Below, one piece after another: positions 25,074 through 36,475 of a DNA stretch of 64,000 nt. Positions within the stretch are counted from its first letter, which is position 1, and each line of letters opens with the position of its first letter. The position numbers and the translations under genes are program-made. Source of the stretch: Anthoceros angustus (taxonomy: Eukaryota > Plantae > Anthocerotophyta); NCBI GenBank assembly GCA_010909165.1, contig MU008159.1, forward strand, positions 868,001-932,000, given 5' to 3'. Below the pieces are notes generated by a model. The model had not been told where the DNA came from. It saw only the letters and a program-made list of their open reading frames with translations, and ran no database searches.

Positions 25074-25295
25074 TGAGATGGTAAAGATCCATTGTAATGA
25101 TTTTGAGGTGGTGATGTGCTTGATATGGTTGAGATCCAATGTAATAATTTTGGGATAGTGGTGTGTTTGAGATGGTAGAGGTCCATTGTAATGATTTTGG
25201 GGTGGTGGTGTGCTTGAGATGGTAGAGGTCCATTGTAATGATTTTGGGGTGGTAGTGTGCTTGAGATGGTAGAGGTCTATTGTAATGATTTTGGG
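25074..25295. repeat. 47-bp tandem repeat, ~4.6 copies (one further copy at ~23872-23917)
   Basis: Unit TGAGATGGTAGAGGTCCATTGTAATGATTTTGGGGTGGTGGTGTGCT, with starts at 25074, 25121, 25168, 25215 and 25262. Confidence 0.9.
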
Positions 25296-26136
25296 TAGAG
25301 GGAATTCAAACGGAACCATTATATACGCAAGCCTGAAAGCCTTTTAAGTATAGAGAATGAAAGGGCGTTAAACCTTGGTGTAGGTACTAATTTCAGGTAA
25401 GTAATTGTGGCAAGTAATCACGTCGGACAAAGGAAGACGAAGGAGCAACTTGCAAGCGCTATTTGTACGTTCTCTTAATATTGAGGGTGAGAATGGGATG
25501 GTCCGTCATGGAAATTGACGATAACAAAAGATTGTAACTATGACGGGAGACTCAAATGTAGTGATTGCAAAACCCTTAAATATTGAGATCCTTTACATCA
25601 TTCGGCTCAACAAATATGGGTCACCCGTTTTTGAACTCTCACCTATAGGGCCCTTTCAAACAGGGGTGAAAACACTGAGCTCCGGTGTTTTGGTGGGGTC
25701 AGGTCATAAAAGATTAAAACGACTAATCAAATATTGGTTTGATTAGGATATCAAGAAACGAGATAAGAGTTTCTTGTGAATTGATGAAGAGATTGAGATA
25801 AATATATGGGATCACCCACCCCCGATTACTCCTAGCCCTTGGTGGCTTGCCTCTGTTGTTATGAAGCTCTTTGGGGCTGCTTAATATATGATCTATGTTG
25901 TAAGGTTATGTTCCCTCCATATATATTGATCTATGTTATCTATGCTGTCCACTGCTGTAAGATCCTGATTGCAGATATATGATCTATGTTGTCTCACCTA
26001 CAAATCGCAAGTTTTTGAAGTCCTTAGTGGCTGCCTGATATATTCTAATTAGATACATAGAATATAAATACCTATCAAATTTCACTAAAATAATACTTTT
26101 TAGGGTGGTGGAGTGGAATTTTTCTAACGCTACGAG

Positions 26137-26300
26137 TAAGGAGCGGTTGCGAGCACTGGGTGTGGCTTTCTTTCGTGGGGATGAATTGGTGGTGTTTGGC
26201 CCTCGTTCACGCAATTTGGGTAAGGAGCGGTTGCGAGCACTGGGTGTGGCTTTCTTTCCCGGGGATGAATTAGTGGTGTTTGGCCCTCGTTCCCGCAATT
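26137..26300. repeat. 84-bp direct duplication
   Basis: TAAGGAGCGGTTGCGAGCACTGGGTGTGGCTTTCTTT... at 26137 and 26221. Confidence 0.85.
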
Positions 26301-26776
26301 TCATTGACACTGTTGATTGATTGAAGATTGTTTGTCTTGTTTGAATTTTACCTTTACATTCATCCAAACCATTTTATCGCAATCTATGTAGTTATCATAT
26401 TTCAATCCCATGACGAAAATCCGTCCTTAGTGGACTTCAATAAAATTCTTCGTCTTCTTTCTTCTTGCTGCTGTTGTGAGTACATACACACCTAGCTTCT
26501 CATAGCAGCCCCGGGTGGGCTTTGGGCACCCTGTTTGTTGTTGTTTGAAATACGAGCCCTGTCACGATAGAAAAGCCTAGGGCCCATAGGGCCCAGTGAA
26601 ATCGCGATAAAAAATAGGGCCCTAGTGTCCCACTCCACATCAAGGGCCCCCCTCATATGTACATAGGTAGTACCTACGTTGGTTACTTTGTGATTCCTGG
26701 ACTCGGACTCGGACTCGTTTTAAATTGTCCCACCAAATTGACGATGCTCCCGCTCGACCGTGAAACGGGGCTGGCC

Positions 26777-28592
26777 ATGGCGATGAAGGTGGCGTCGGCG
26801 TGGTGTGGTCATTTCAAGCACTTCTGCTCACGCCTGGACTCCAACTGCGCGAACCTGCGGCGGTCTATGGAGGAGAGGCCGGTCTACCAAGGAGGTAGAA
26901 AATTTGAGCGAAAATCCTGGTTCTGTTAGAGGCACTTGCTACCGCAAAGCAGAAGACTGGTGGCCACGGGAGCCTGCAGTTTCTGATGGCATGCTGTCGC
27001 AGGTGGAAATTTCTCTGCCTTCGTCGACAACCTCAACGACGCAGTTTCATCCATCGGTGGCCAGGTGGAGTCGTTGGAGGCCATGACAGTGAACAATGTG
27101 AGTCTTGAGGAGATGTTTGGGCACTGGACGGAGGTGTATAAGCAGAACGAGGATGCCATTGCTGCTTTGGAGGTTCAGCTTGGTCTCTACGGTTATACCC
27201 CAGGTGTCAAATTGTGCCATCAGCACTGATGTGTGGTCGTGCTATGAGATTAGGCTTCAGGGAACTGCTGGTGCTCACTTTTTACAACCAGTTTCTGTAT
27301 GGTGTCTACAGCGGAGTGGAAGGATTCCGTTGATGCGGCTTCCAATCTTGTCCCGGAAGCGGAAGGGCCCCGAGCAGAGCTGCCAGAGGACAGAAGTGAA
27401 TCCAAGGACTGCCATGCTGTGCAGAGAGAACTCAGCTTAATCTCAGTGCCAGATGAACCATCATCTTCGGTTCCAGACAACAAGACGCTGGATGATTTTG
27501 TGGACGACGATGATGGAATGTATCCAAACAGTGCAGCAAGTTGATGCTTCATCAGTGAAGCCTTAGGTTTGTGCAGCCTGGCACCGAAGTTCCTTCACTA
27601 TGAACAGATTTGCCGAGTCCTTCAGCTTACGAGACTTGGGACTGTCTTCAGCAGCTTTGGCAACTATTGCTGACCACGGTTCGTGCCTACTTTTACATGA
27701 CCTCGCATAGTGGATATGTTGTTGTGATGCCCACTCATCTCATGGTTGACCGCATGGCATGTTCAGAGACTGCTGAGGAGAAGCAGGTAACGCAGGGTAA
27801 TGTTCAACCGACATCCAGCAGCAGAGGCCTTCAAGGTTAGACCACGGGTGTTATGTCATGGGGTCGTTGTTCGGTGATCAGTCTGCTGTCATTGACCTGG
27901 GGTTGCAGGCCAGCAGAACAACATGAATGGTCGGAGGTGGAGGCACCAAGAGACGGGGCTGCAGCACCTCCGGGTGGGAGGGCCAACCTTAGACCCTCCA
28001 TTCCATGTTGGCTGTTCCTGTTCGCAGTGGTAGTGTCTGTTTTCATGATAATTCTGACCACACAGTCATACTTAATGCTAATCCTGTGTCCTTGTGAACA
28101 GTAGAAGCTGTATCTGAACAAAGCAAGGCCCCACCTCAAGGGCTAGCAGAAGTGAGCGAAGAGGAGTTTAAAAAGGCCCCTGCCTTTCTCAAGGCTCGAT
28201 TCCCTCTCAAGGCACGTAGATCTTACTCTTTACATGTCCCAGTTCAAACGGGGGTCTGTTCCTTCCATTGCCCTCACCCCCGAGAGAGCTGTTGCAGGAT
28301 CTGAATGAAACGATCGTGAAGGTAAACGACGTAATGCGTGCCAAGAAGGCGGTAGGTGACCCGGCCCTAGACCAAGCTGACTTAGACCTCCTAAACCTGG
28401 GTACGTACTTACTGTCCTTGTCCTCCTTCCATCGACCATGTGTGTGCGTGGTGGGTCGCTCACGTGGTGACCCCTGCGGCAGGCGTCAAGACGAAAGAGT
28501 GCGTTCTCCTGCTGGTCCGGCTGAACAGGCTGAGCATCGAGCGAGTGGGAGACTCGACAGCCTACATCCCACAACTTCAGCAGCACAGGTAA
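26777..28592 (+). CDS. SKA3: Spindle and kinetochore-associated protein 3 (At5g06590-like), multi-exon
   Basis: N-terminal FCSRLDSNCANLRRSMEERP, VSLEEMFGHWTEVYKQN..GYTP. C-terminal VSEEEFKKAPAFLK / DLNETIVKVN / LLLVRLNRLSIE..AY, as recalled for the plant SKA3 termini. Stop at 28590-28592. Confidence 0.75.
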
Positions 28593-28727
28593 TGAAATCA
28601 ACAGCCATCTTCCATCTGTACAAGAGAGGCCCTGATTTGTTCCAGGCTTCATGGAATAATGAATCAAGTCTGCATTTTATCTTTACAAAGGAGTGTAGCT
28701 TGCCAAGCATCGGACAAGCCGCGAACG

Positions 28728-31700
28728 TCACGTTACGTTAGTGGTTCTGGAAGATGACGAAACCTGCGCCTCCACCAGCACAGGCCGGTAGCCCAACCCC
28801 ACGCTCTGCTGCTGCTGCTCGGCAGAGCGGACCTCGCCGAACATACGAATGTGCTGCAGCAAGCGCTTCAGAAACGCGTTCCGGCCCACGGTGGCGCTGT
28901 CGCACACCACAGCCACATGCCGCATTGCGCGCGTGACGGCCACGTTCATCCGTCTCCGGTCCCCCAGGAATCCCACCACCTGCAGGCTGTTGGAGCGGAC
29001 CATGGAGATGACCACGGCCGGGGCCTCGCGGCCCTGGAAGCTGTCCACGCTGGCCACCTCCACGTCAGCGGCGGCCGGCACCTCCTCCAGCCGCTCCTGC
29101 AGCAGCTGCACCTGCGCCAGGTAAGGCGAGAGCACGGCCACGTGGCGCCCCGCCACGCCGGCCGCCAGCAGGGCCGCCACGTGGGCCGCCACCACGTCCG
29201 CCTCCCCTCGTTGTAGTACGAACCCGTCCGTTGTTATCGATCCGCTCCTGGCAGCCCGGCAGCAGGCTTCCGAGCGGGGACCGTGTCGAGCAGCAGCATC
29301 GGCGTGCGCGTGGAGCGCGTCGGGCTCACTCCCGGGAGGTCGCTGAGAAGCCGCGACTCCACCTCCCCGCCGACTGCAGCCGCCCGTGGTACATCTCCTG
29401 GCTGGCCCAGCCCGCGATGGCGGCATGCATCCGGTACTGCGTCCTCAGCGTCGTCTCGAGCGCGCCATCCCCGCAGCGCCGCGGCGCGCTCCATGAGGAG
29501 ATCCTAACCTCCCTCCATGGCGGAGCGCGACATGACGCAGGGCGCGAGCTGGTTCACATCCCCGCCAGCACCAGCCGGCGGGCCTGCAGCGCCGGGATCC
29601 AAGACGACGGCTCGATCGCCTGCCCCGCCTCGTCCACCACGGCGAGGTCGAAGGCCGGGAGCTTGAACAGGAGCGGGTCCGCGGCTCCCGTGTTGGTGCT
29701 CAGAACAACGTCCGCCGCCTGCAGCGTCTCCGCCACCGTCTGCTTCTCCTTGTGCTTCAGCGCCTTCCCCAGCTGCTTCAGCACCTGCCGGATGCCCGCG
29801 CCGAGGTTGTCGTCCCCAGCGTCTGCCGCAGATCAGTACGAAGGTCCGCGCGCCGCCGCGCCAGGTCCTGCCGGTACGCCTGCATCCGCGCCTCCACCAG
29901 GGAGCTCAGCGAGCGGGCAACCACGGCCGGGGCGACGCGGTACGGGTTCCCCACTCGGACCACGTTCAGCCCGAGGAGACCGAGTCGCTCCACCAGGTTG
30001 TCGACCGCGGCGTTGGTCGGCGCGGTCGCCAGGACGCGTTCGCCGCGCGCGACCGCGCGGCGAATCAGTTCCACCACCACACTCGTCTTGCCGGTCCCCG
30101 GCGGCCCTGAATCACCACCACCGGCCGCTGCCGGTCCAGGCCCAGCTCCACCGCCTGCAGCTGCGAGGAGTCGAAGGCGGCCGGAAGCTCCCCGGCGGCG
30201 GCGATGGCGGAGGAGCTCGCGCTCGGGAGAGCCGACTCCGGCGCGAAGAGCGTGGCCACCACGGCCTGGCTCGGGTTGCGCTTCTGCAGGCCCTGCTTCT
30301 GGAGGCGGTCCAGGGCGTCGCAGTCGCGCTGGTACGTAGTCACGTCCGCCAGCTCGCTGATGCGGTCGATGCGGATGCTGCGGCCGAAGAGGCGGGAGAA
30401 GACGGGATCGCCGTAGCGCGCGTCGATGGAGACGGTGATGCTGGAGTGGTCCTCGCTCAGGCTGTAGATGTAGCCGCGCAGGCACTCCGTCGCGGCCGCG
30501 CCATTCTTGTCCTGGATCCGGACGCAGACCATGTCCCCGGGAGATGGTGCTTTGCGGCAGGTGATGGCGCTGCGCGCGGAACGACACCAGGTGCGCCCCC
30601 CCCAGCCCGGTGGAGGAGCTCACGGCGGTGACGTCGCTGATGGTGTCCCGCCGCTCCTGCTCCCCCTCCTCCTCCTCCTCTTCCGCCTGCGCCTGCTCGG
30701 TGTCTGCCGCCAGCGGAGCCGAGTCCAGCGCCTCCTGTGTCGCCTCCAACTCCGCGTCCCTCTCGATCCGCAGCAGCTCCAGAGCGCGTTTCACGAATGC
30801 GTCGATGTTGGCTTGCGTCTCCGCCAGCTGCTCCGGGGACAGGCTCAGGGGCTGCGACAGGTGCTTGCCTCCATCCGCGATCGGGCTCTTCCTCGTGCTC
30901 TCTCGGTGCTCCCCTGCAAGGGAAAGGAAGGATGTCTCTGTTCAGGTTTCACCAATCTTGCAAATCGGAACATGGAAGGAGGAGACGAGATGAACAGACA
31001 ACATACCGGATCTCGGCAGCTTCTTGAGGAAGGCCCAGGCGGCCGTTTGCTGCCAATTGTCCACCACTCCCTGGGCCTGGAGGCGCTGCAATGCGGCCTG
31101 CAGCTCCCGCTGGAGATGGTCGAACAGGGTGGGGTAGTGCGTGCTCACTTTGAGGCAAAGAGCCTCGTGGCCCATGGGCATGGCGGCCACCCCCAGGTAT
31201 GGCTGCGCCAAGATCACCAGGCTCACGCCCGCATCAGCCTCGTCGGTGAACCCCACCTTCTCCCCGCGGGCCTCTGCATCAGCGATGTCCGCCGCCATGG
31301 CTCCCATGCCCTGCGCCAGCCATGTCACCACATCCCTTCCCAGCTGCTTCCTCCCGAGCGGATCCCCATTGTTGCTGGCCGCAGGTAGGGTCTTGCTGCT
31401 GCTGCCGCTGCTGCTGGGAGCATCCCTGGCGTTGTCGATGGATCCGGCTTCATCTTCGGCTGCTGCCGGGGAGGATGCCCCCCCGTTCTTCCTCCTGGCC
31501 CCGCCCTGTCGCCCCGGCCTCAAAGTCTTCTTCACCTTCCCTTGATGGAGCCCGTGGCAGCCTCCTCCGCAGTCTGCGCGGCGGCGACGATGCCCTTCCT
31601 CTGCCACACCAGCCGGTGCTGCTGACGCCTCAGGGCCGGCTGGAGCGTGACGGCGGGGAAGCTCGGGAACGGCTCCTCCTGCAGCAGACGTGCGAGGCAG

Positions 31701-31770
31701 AGGCTCCAGCTGCGGCATGGCAGGACTCCACGCGCAGCAGCCGCGCGGCAGCGGGCAGGGAAGACGCCAT
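28728..31770 (-). CDS. SF1 Upf1/IGHMBP2-like DNA/RNA helicase (At5g35970-like, plastid-targeted); one intron (~30880-31005) plus several apparent homopolymer frameshifts
   Basis: DPLGRKQLGRDVVTW, THYPTLFDHLQREL, STGLGG, QGPPGTGKT (Walker A, split by an indel), APTNAAVDNL, VVDEAGQAIEP, QYRM, DSFQGRE, GFLGDRRRMNVAVTRA. Confidence 0.9.
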
Positions 31771-32368
31771 TGCGGTTCGCATCACCGCACTCGCATCTCT
31801 AATTCCGCATCGCCGCAACCCGAAACGCCGCAAATCAGCAGCAACAGGCCAAGCCAGGTTCCGGGAGCACGGCCCGGACAGAATTGGAGCCTTCCTCCTC
31901 CTCCCGGCACTCTGCAGCTCCAGGCGGCCCGGCCGTCGCTTCGATGCAATTCGCGCCGGCAGCAGGCCAGCAACACCAAGTGTTTGGCGCGGACGTGGAG
32001 CCACCAATGCTTCACACCCGCAGTGTCCCACACCACCCTGTGAGATTTTCCCTGCGAGGCCGCCCGGTCGTGGCGCGGAGGTGGAGCGCGCTGCAGCGGG
32101 TCCCACGTCGATGCCACTGCTTGGCAGATTGCTTGCCCAGCAATCTGCTTTACCCGATCGTCAAACCCCACACACCACTGGGCGTTGCAGCTGGTTGACG
32201 CAATCTGCACACTTGTCTCGCTGCCACACCAGCACTTCTGTCTGCAACAAAGCTTCTTTTAGGAGATCGTGAAACACCTCATGACTGAACAGCAAGGAAC
32301 AGTCTAAGTACGTGAGGAGTCGAGGTCCTCGCCAAGAATTAAGAAATGCTTTCTTTCTTCTGCCTACA

Positions 32369-35300
32369 ATGGAGTCATGCAAAGGGCTTCGGGACCCCTG
32401 GTGGGCGCAGCAGCAGGGTGGTGTTTTAGCAGGTGTGGTTCCAGGAAGAGCTCCCGGTTGCCTGACTGCATGGACCCAGCGGTTGCCAAGCAGCGAAGCC
32501 TCCAAGTACCCAGCACGGCCACGAGGATGTGTGGCGGCTACAGATGGGTCCTCCACCAAATGCAGATGGAGTTCGAGGGACGAGTCTCATCCTCTCAGGC
32601 CTGCAGGATGCGTAAGGGGCATTACGGCTGAGACTGTGAGCGAGCTGTGTCGCCAGGGGCACCTCATTGAGGCTGTTGAGGCTTTGGGAATTCTGGTGAA
32701 GACGGACTCTTGTGTTTCCAGAAATCTATTGTATGCTGTGCTCAAGAGCTGCGTGGTGAAGAAGGATCTTGTTTTGGGTCGCCGCGTCCATGCTTTTACG
32801 GTGGAGAAGGGGTACGAGTCGGACACGTTCCTGTGCAGCCATATCCTTCGGATGTATGCTTCTCATGGCTGGTTGCAAGACGCCGTGGATGTCTTCGCCG
32901 TGGTGGCCAAGCCAGATGCCTTCATGTGCTCTGCCATGATTTCCGCGCATGTTAAACATGGGCAGGACAAGCAGGCCATACAACTCTATCATCGGATGCG
33001 TAGGTCAGGTGTTAAGCCAGATGGCCATGTGTTTGTGGCTGCACTTCAGGCTTGTGCGAGGGGATCGGACTTGGAAACCGGGCAGCAGGTGCATGCTGAT
33101 GTGTTGGCTTGCGGAGTTGAGCCTGATTTGTTCGTTTCTAGTTGCTTGGTGGACATGTATGCCAGGTGTGGCAGCTTGGAAGACGCTCAAAGAGTGTTTG
33201 ACGGACTTCGTGAGAAAAACGTTGTGACCTGGACTGCTCTGATTGCAGGGTACTCCCAGCAGGGCATGGGGCAGGAAGCGCTTCGTCTCTACAGCTGCAT
33301 GCAAGCGGAAGGCGTCGCTGTGCCCAATTCCGTGACATACGTGTGCCTCCTGCAGGCATGTGCCGGTGTGGGCGGCACCCATGGTTTGGACATGGGGAAG
33401 CAACTTCATTCGCGGATAAGGCGAGAAGGACTTCAAGCTGATGTGTTTGTGGCCAACAGTTTGGTCAATATGTATGCAAAGTGTGGCAGCTTGGAAGACG
33501 CTCAACGACTGTTCGATGGACTTGGTCAAAAGGATGTGGTGACATGGAATGCCATGATAGCCGGGTTCGCCCAGCAAGGCATGGGTCAGGAAGCCCTTCG
33601 CCTTCACAGTGTTATGGAAGATGAAGGCATTACTGTACCTGATTCTGTGACTTTCGTGTCCCTCCTGCAGGCATGTGCGAGTGTGGGCACTGCGGCGTTG
33701 GAGAAGGGAAAGCAGCTTCACACAAAAATCAGAGAACAAGTACGCCAAACTGATGCGTTTGTAGCCAACAGTTTGGTAAACATGTATGCAAAGTGTGGCA
33801 GCTTGAAAGATGCTCAGAGAGTTTTTGATGGGCTTTGTGAAAAAGATGTGGTGACGTGGAATGCCATGATAGCAGGCTATTCCCAGCAGGGTATGGGTCA
33901 GGAAGCCCTTCATCTTTACAGTTCAATGCAAGGTGGAGGCATCACAATGCCGGATCGTGTGACATTTGTGGGCCTCCTGCAGGCATGTGCAAGTGTGGGT
34001 GGCCCGGCGTTTGAGAAGGGGAAACAGTTCCACACAGAAATCAAAGAACGAGGACTCCAAGCTGACGCGTTTGTAGCCAACACTCTGGTAAACATGTATG
34101 CAAAGTGTGGTAGTTTGGAAGATGCTCGAAAAGTGTTTGACGGACTTAGCCAAAAAGATGGAGTGACGTGGACTGCTCTAATTGCAGGATATTCTGAGCA
34201 GGGCATGGGCCAGGAAGCCCTTCGACTTTACAGTTCTATGAAAAGAGAAGGCATCGCTGTCCAGAGTTCTGTGACATTTGTGAGCCTCCTGCAGGCATGT
34301 GCAAGTGTGGGCACTGAAGCTTTGGACATGGGGAAGGATCTTCATGCGCAAATTAGAGAACAAGGACGTCAAGCTGATGTCTTTGTAGCCAACAATTTGG
34401 TAAACATGTATGCGAAGTGTGGCAGCCTAGTGGATGCGCAGACAGTTTTTGATGGACTTAGTCGAAAAGATGTGGTGACCTGGACTTCTCTAATTGCTGG
34501 GTATTCCCAGCAGGGCATGGGCCAGGAAGCCTTGCATCTCTACACTGCTATGCAAGAAGAAGGCATTGTTGTACCTAATTCCGTGACATTTGTGTGCCTC
34601 CTGCAGGCATGTTCTAGTGTGGGCCTCCCAGCTTTGGAGACGGGAAAGGAGCTGCATAAGCAAATCAGAGAACGAGGACACGAAGCTGATGTGTTTGTAG
34701 CCAGCAGTTTGGTGAAGATGCATGCCAAGTGCGGCAGCTTGGAAGATGCTAGAAGAGTGTTTGAGGGACTTAGTCAAAAAGACGTGGTGACATGGACTAC
34801 ATTAATTGCAGAGTATTCCCAGCAGGGAATGGGCCAGGAAGCCCTTGACCTCTACAGGGATATGCAAGAAGAAGATATTAGTGTGCCCAATTCTGCTACT
34901 TTTGGCTACCTCCTCCAGGCATGTGCCATTGTAGGCGCCCCAGCTTTGGAGATTGGGAATCAGCTTCATGCGCAAATTAGGCAAAGGGGACACGAAACTG
35001 ACCTGTTTGCTGCCAGCAGTTTGGTGACCATGCATGCAAAGTGCGGCAGCTTGGAGGATGCTCAAAGAGTGTTTGATGAACTAGGCTACAAAGATGTGGG
35101 CGTGTGGAATGCCATGATTGCAGGGTATTCTCAGCAGGGCATGGGCCAGGAGGCTCTTCATGTGTACAGTGCTATGCAGAAAGAGGGCCTTGTTGCACCC
35201 AATTCCATGACGCACGTGTGCCTCCTTCAGGCGTGTGCAACTATGGGCACCCAAGCTTTAGAGATGGGTAAGCGGCTTCATATGCAAATTATAGAACAAG

Positions 35301-36475
35301 GACACCAAGCCGATGTGTTTGTGGCCAGCAGTTTGGTGAACATGTACGCCAAGTGTGGCAGCTTGGAAGACGCTCAAAGAGTGTTTGACGGGCTCAGTCA
35401 GAAGGATGTGGTAACATGGACTGCTCTAATTTCAGGGTATTCCCAGCAGGGCATGGACTGGGCAGCCCTTCGACTCTACAGAGCCATGGAGGAAGAGGGC
35501 ATTGCAATAGCCAATTCCATCACCTTTGTACTTCTTCTGCAGTCATCTGCCAATGTGGCTGCTTTGCATGTAGGAAGGCAGCTACATGTACAGATTGAAG
35601 GACAAGGGCTTCAAGCTGATGCATTTGTTGCTGGAAGTCTGATAAATATGTATGGAAAGTGTGGGAGCATGGTTGATGCACAGCAGGTCTTCGATGCACT
35701 GCCGAACAGAAATGCTGTTGCATGGAATGCACTGATTGCAGGATACAGCCACCAGGGAGACAGTAGCAAGGTCTTTGACTTGGTCGTCAGAATGGTACAG
35801 GATGGCATACAGCCAATTGGCATCACGTTCCTCGCTTTACTAGCGGTATGCAGTCATACAGGCCAAGTGACTAAGGGACGAGAGTATTTTCGGGCTATGA
35901 GCAGGTACTATGGCATCGACCCCACGGCGGAGCACTACACATGCATGGTGGATCTCCTGGGCCGTACAGGCCGACTGGATGAGGCACTAGCTTTGATAAG
36001 AACAATGCCTGTGCCACCTAGTGCTGCAGTTTGGCACACTCTGTTGGGTTCTTGTCAAAAATGGAGCAACGTGGAGGTAGGACGCCATGCATTCGACCAA
36101 GCAGTGAGTCTAGACGAGAAAGATGCTGCAGCATACACGTTGATGTCAAACATATACACCGGTGCCCAGCTGGGGGAGCGGGCACTGGCGATGCAGGCGA
36201 GGAGAAAAAGAATCAGGGCATTCAAGCAGCCGGGTCAGAGCTGGTGGACAGACACGAATGGACTCGTGGAGAGTTTTTCTGCTTTGCGTAAGAAGCATCC
36301 CAAAAGTCAAGCAGGGGTTGAACAGACATTTTGCAGCCGGAAGAGATACGGATATGCGCCACATCTGGAACCGTGGTCGGCAGACTCATTTGATCACAAA
36401 GAGGAGGGTTATTTGCGAGGGCAGAGGGAGAAGGTGATTCTTGCGTCCGCCCGTGATCACAATAGGTACACCTGA
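32369..36475 (+). CDS. PLS-class pentatricopeptide repeat protein, ~32 motifs (10 L-S-P triplets + L2-S2) + E1-E2 + truncated/degenerate WW-type DYW
   Basis: Intronless. It has ten S motifs (MYAKCGSLEDAQRVF), P motifs (VVTWTALIAGYSQQG), S2 EHYTCMVDLLGRTG, E2 AAAYTLMSNIY and KQPGQSWWTD. First ATG at 32369. Confidence 0.95.
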   Translation: MESCKGLRDPWWAQQQGGVLAGVVPGRAPGCLTAWTQRLPSSEASKYPARPRGCVAATDGSSTKCRWSSRDESHPLRPAGCVRGITAETVSELCRQGHLIEAVEALGILVKTDSCVSRNLLYAVLKSCVVKKDLVLGRRVHAFTVEKGYESDTFLCSHILRMYASHGWLQDAVDVFAVVAKPDAFMCSAMISAHVKHGQDKQAIQLYHRMRRSGVKPDGHVFVAALQACARGSDLETGQQVHADVLACGVEPDLFVSSCLVDMYARCGSLEDAQRVFDGLREKNVVTWTALIAGYSQQGMGQEALRLYSCMQAEGVAVPNSVTYVCLLQACAGVGGTHGLDMGKQLHSRIRREGLQADVFVANSLVNMYAKCGSLEDAQRLFDGLGQKDVVTWNAMIAGFAQQGMGQEALRLHSVMEDEGITVPDSVTFVSLLQACASVGTAALEKGKQLHTKIREQVRQTDAFVANSLVNMYAKCGSLKDAQRVFDGLCEKDVVTWNAMIAGYSQQGMGQEALHLYSSMQGGGITMPDRVTFVGLLQACASVGGPAFEKGKQFHTEIKERGLQADAFVANTLVNMYAKCGSLEDARKVFDGLSQKDGVTWTALIAGYSEQGMGQEALRLYSSMKREGIAVQSSVTFVSLLQACASVGTEALDMGKDLHAQIREQGRQADVFVANNLVNMYAKCGSLVDAQTVFDGLSRKDVVTWTSLIAGYSQQGMGQEALHLYTAMQEEGIVVPNSVTFVCLLQACSSVGLPALETGKELHKQIRERGHEADVFVASSLVKMHAKCGSLEDARRVFEGLSQKDVVTWTTLIAEYSQQGMGQEALDLYRDMQEEDISVPNSATFGYLLQACAIVGAPALEIGNQLHAQIRQRGHETDLFAASSLVTMHAKCGSLEDAQRVFDELGYKDVGVWNAMIAGYSQQGMGQEALHVYSAMQKEGLVAPNSMTHVCLLQACATMGTQALEMGKRLHMQIIEQGHQADVFVASSLVNMYAKCGSLEDAQRVFDGLSQKDVVTWTALISGYSQQGMDWAALRLYRAMEEEGIAIANSITFVLLLQSSANVAALHVGRQLHVQIEGQGLQADAFVAGSLINMYGKCGSMVDAQQVFDALPNRNAVAWNALIAGYSHQGDSSKVFDLVVRMVQDGIQPIGITFLALLAVCSHTGQVTKGREYFRAMSRYYGIDPTAEHYTCMVDLLGRTGRLDEALALIRTMPVPPSAAVWHTLLGSCQKWSNVEVGRHAFDQAVSLDEKDAAAYTLMSNIYTGAQLGERALAMQARRKRIRAFKQPGQSWWTDTNGLVESFSALRKKHPKSQAGVEQTFCSRKRYGYAPHLEPWSADSFDHKEEGYLRGQREKVILASARDHNRYT

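Noticed and set aside
20530-26776. MSA (AACGG) and site II (GGCCCA) mitotic promoter elements near UVI4-like and SKA3
   Set aside because: A few 5-6-mers are present (e.g. 26581-26600, 26764), but motifs this short occur by chance and are not clearly clustered.
6215-31770. Programmed ribosomal frameshifting or pseudogenisation of APC4 and the helicase
   Set aside because: All breaks are 1-2 nt losses in G/C homopolymers, the proteins are otherwise intact and conserved, and there is no slippery heptamer or pseudoknot pattern. Assembly error is far more parsimonious.
29231-32272. Plus-strand ORFs 29231-30631, 30507-31388, 31322-32272
   Set aside because: Antisense shadows of the GC-rich helicase gene.
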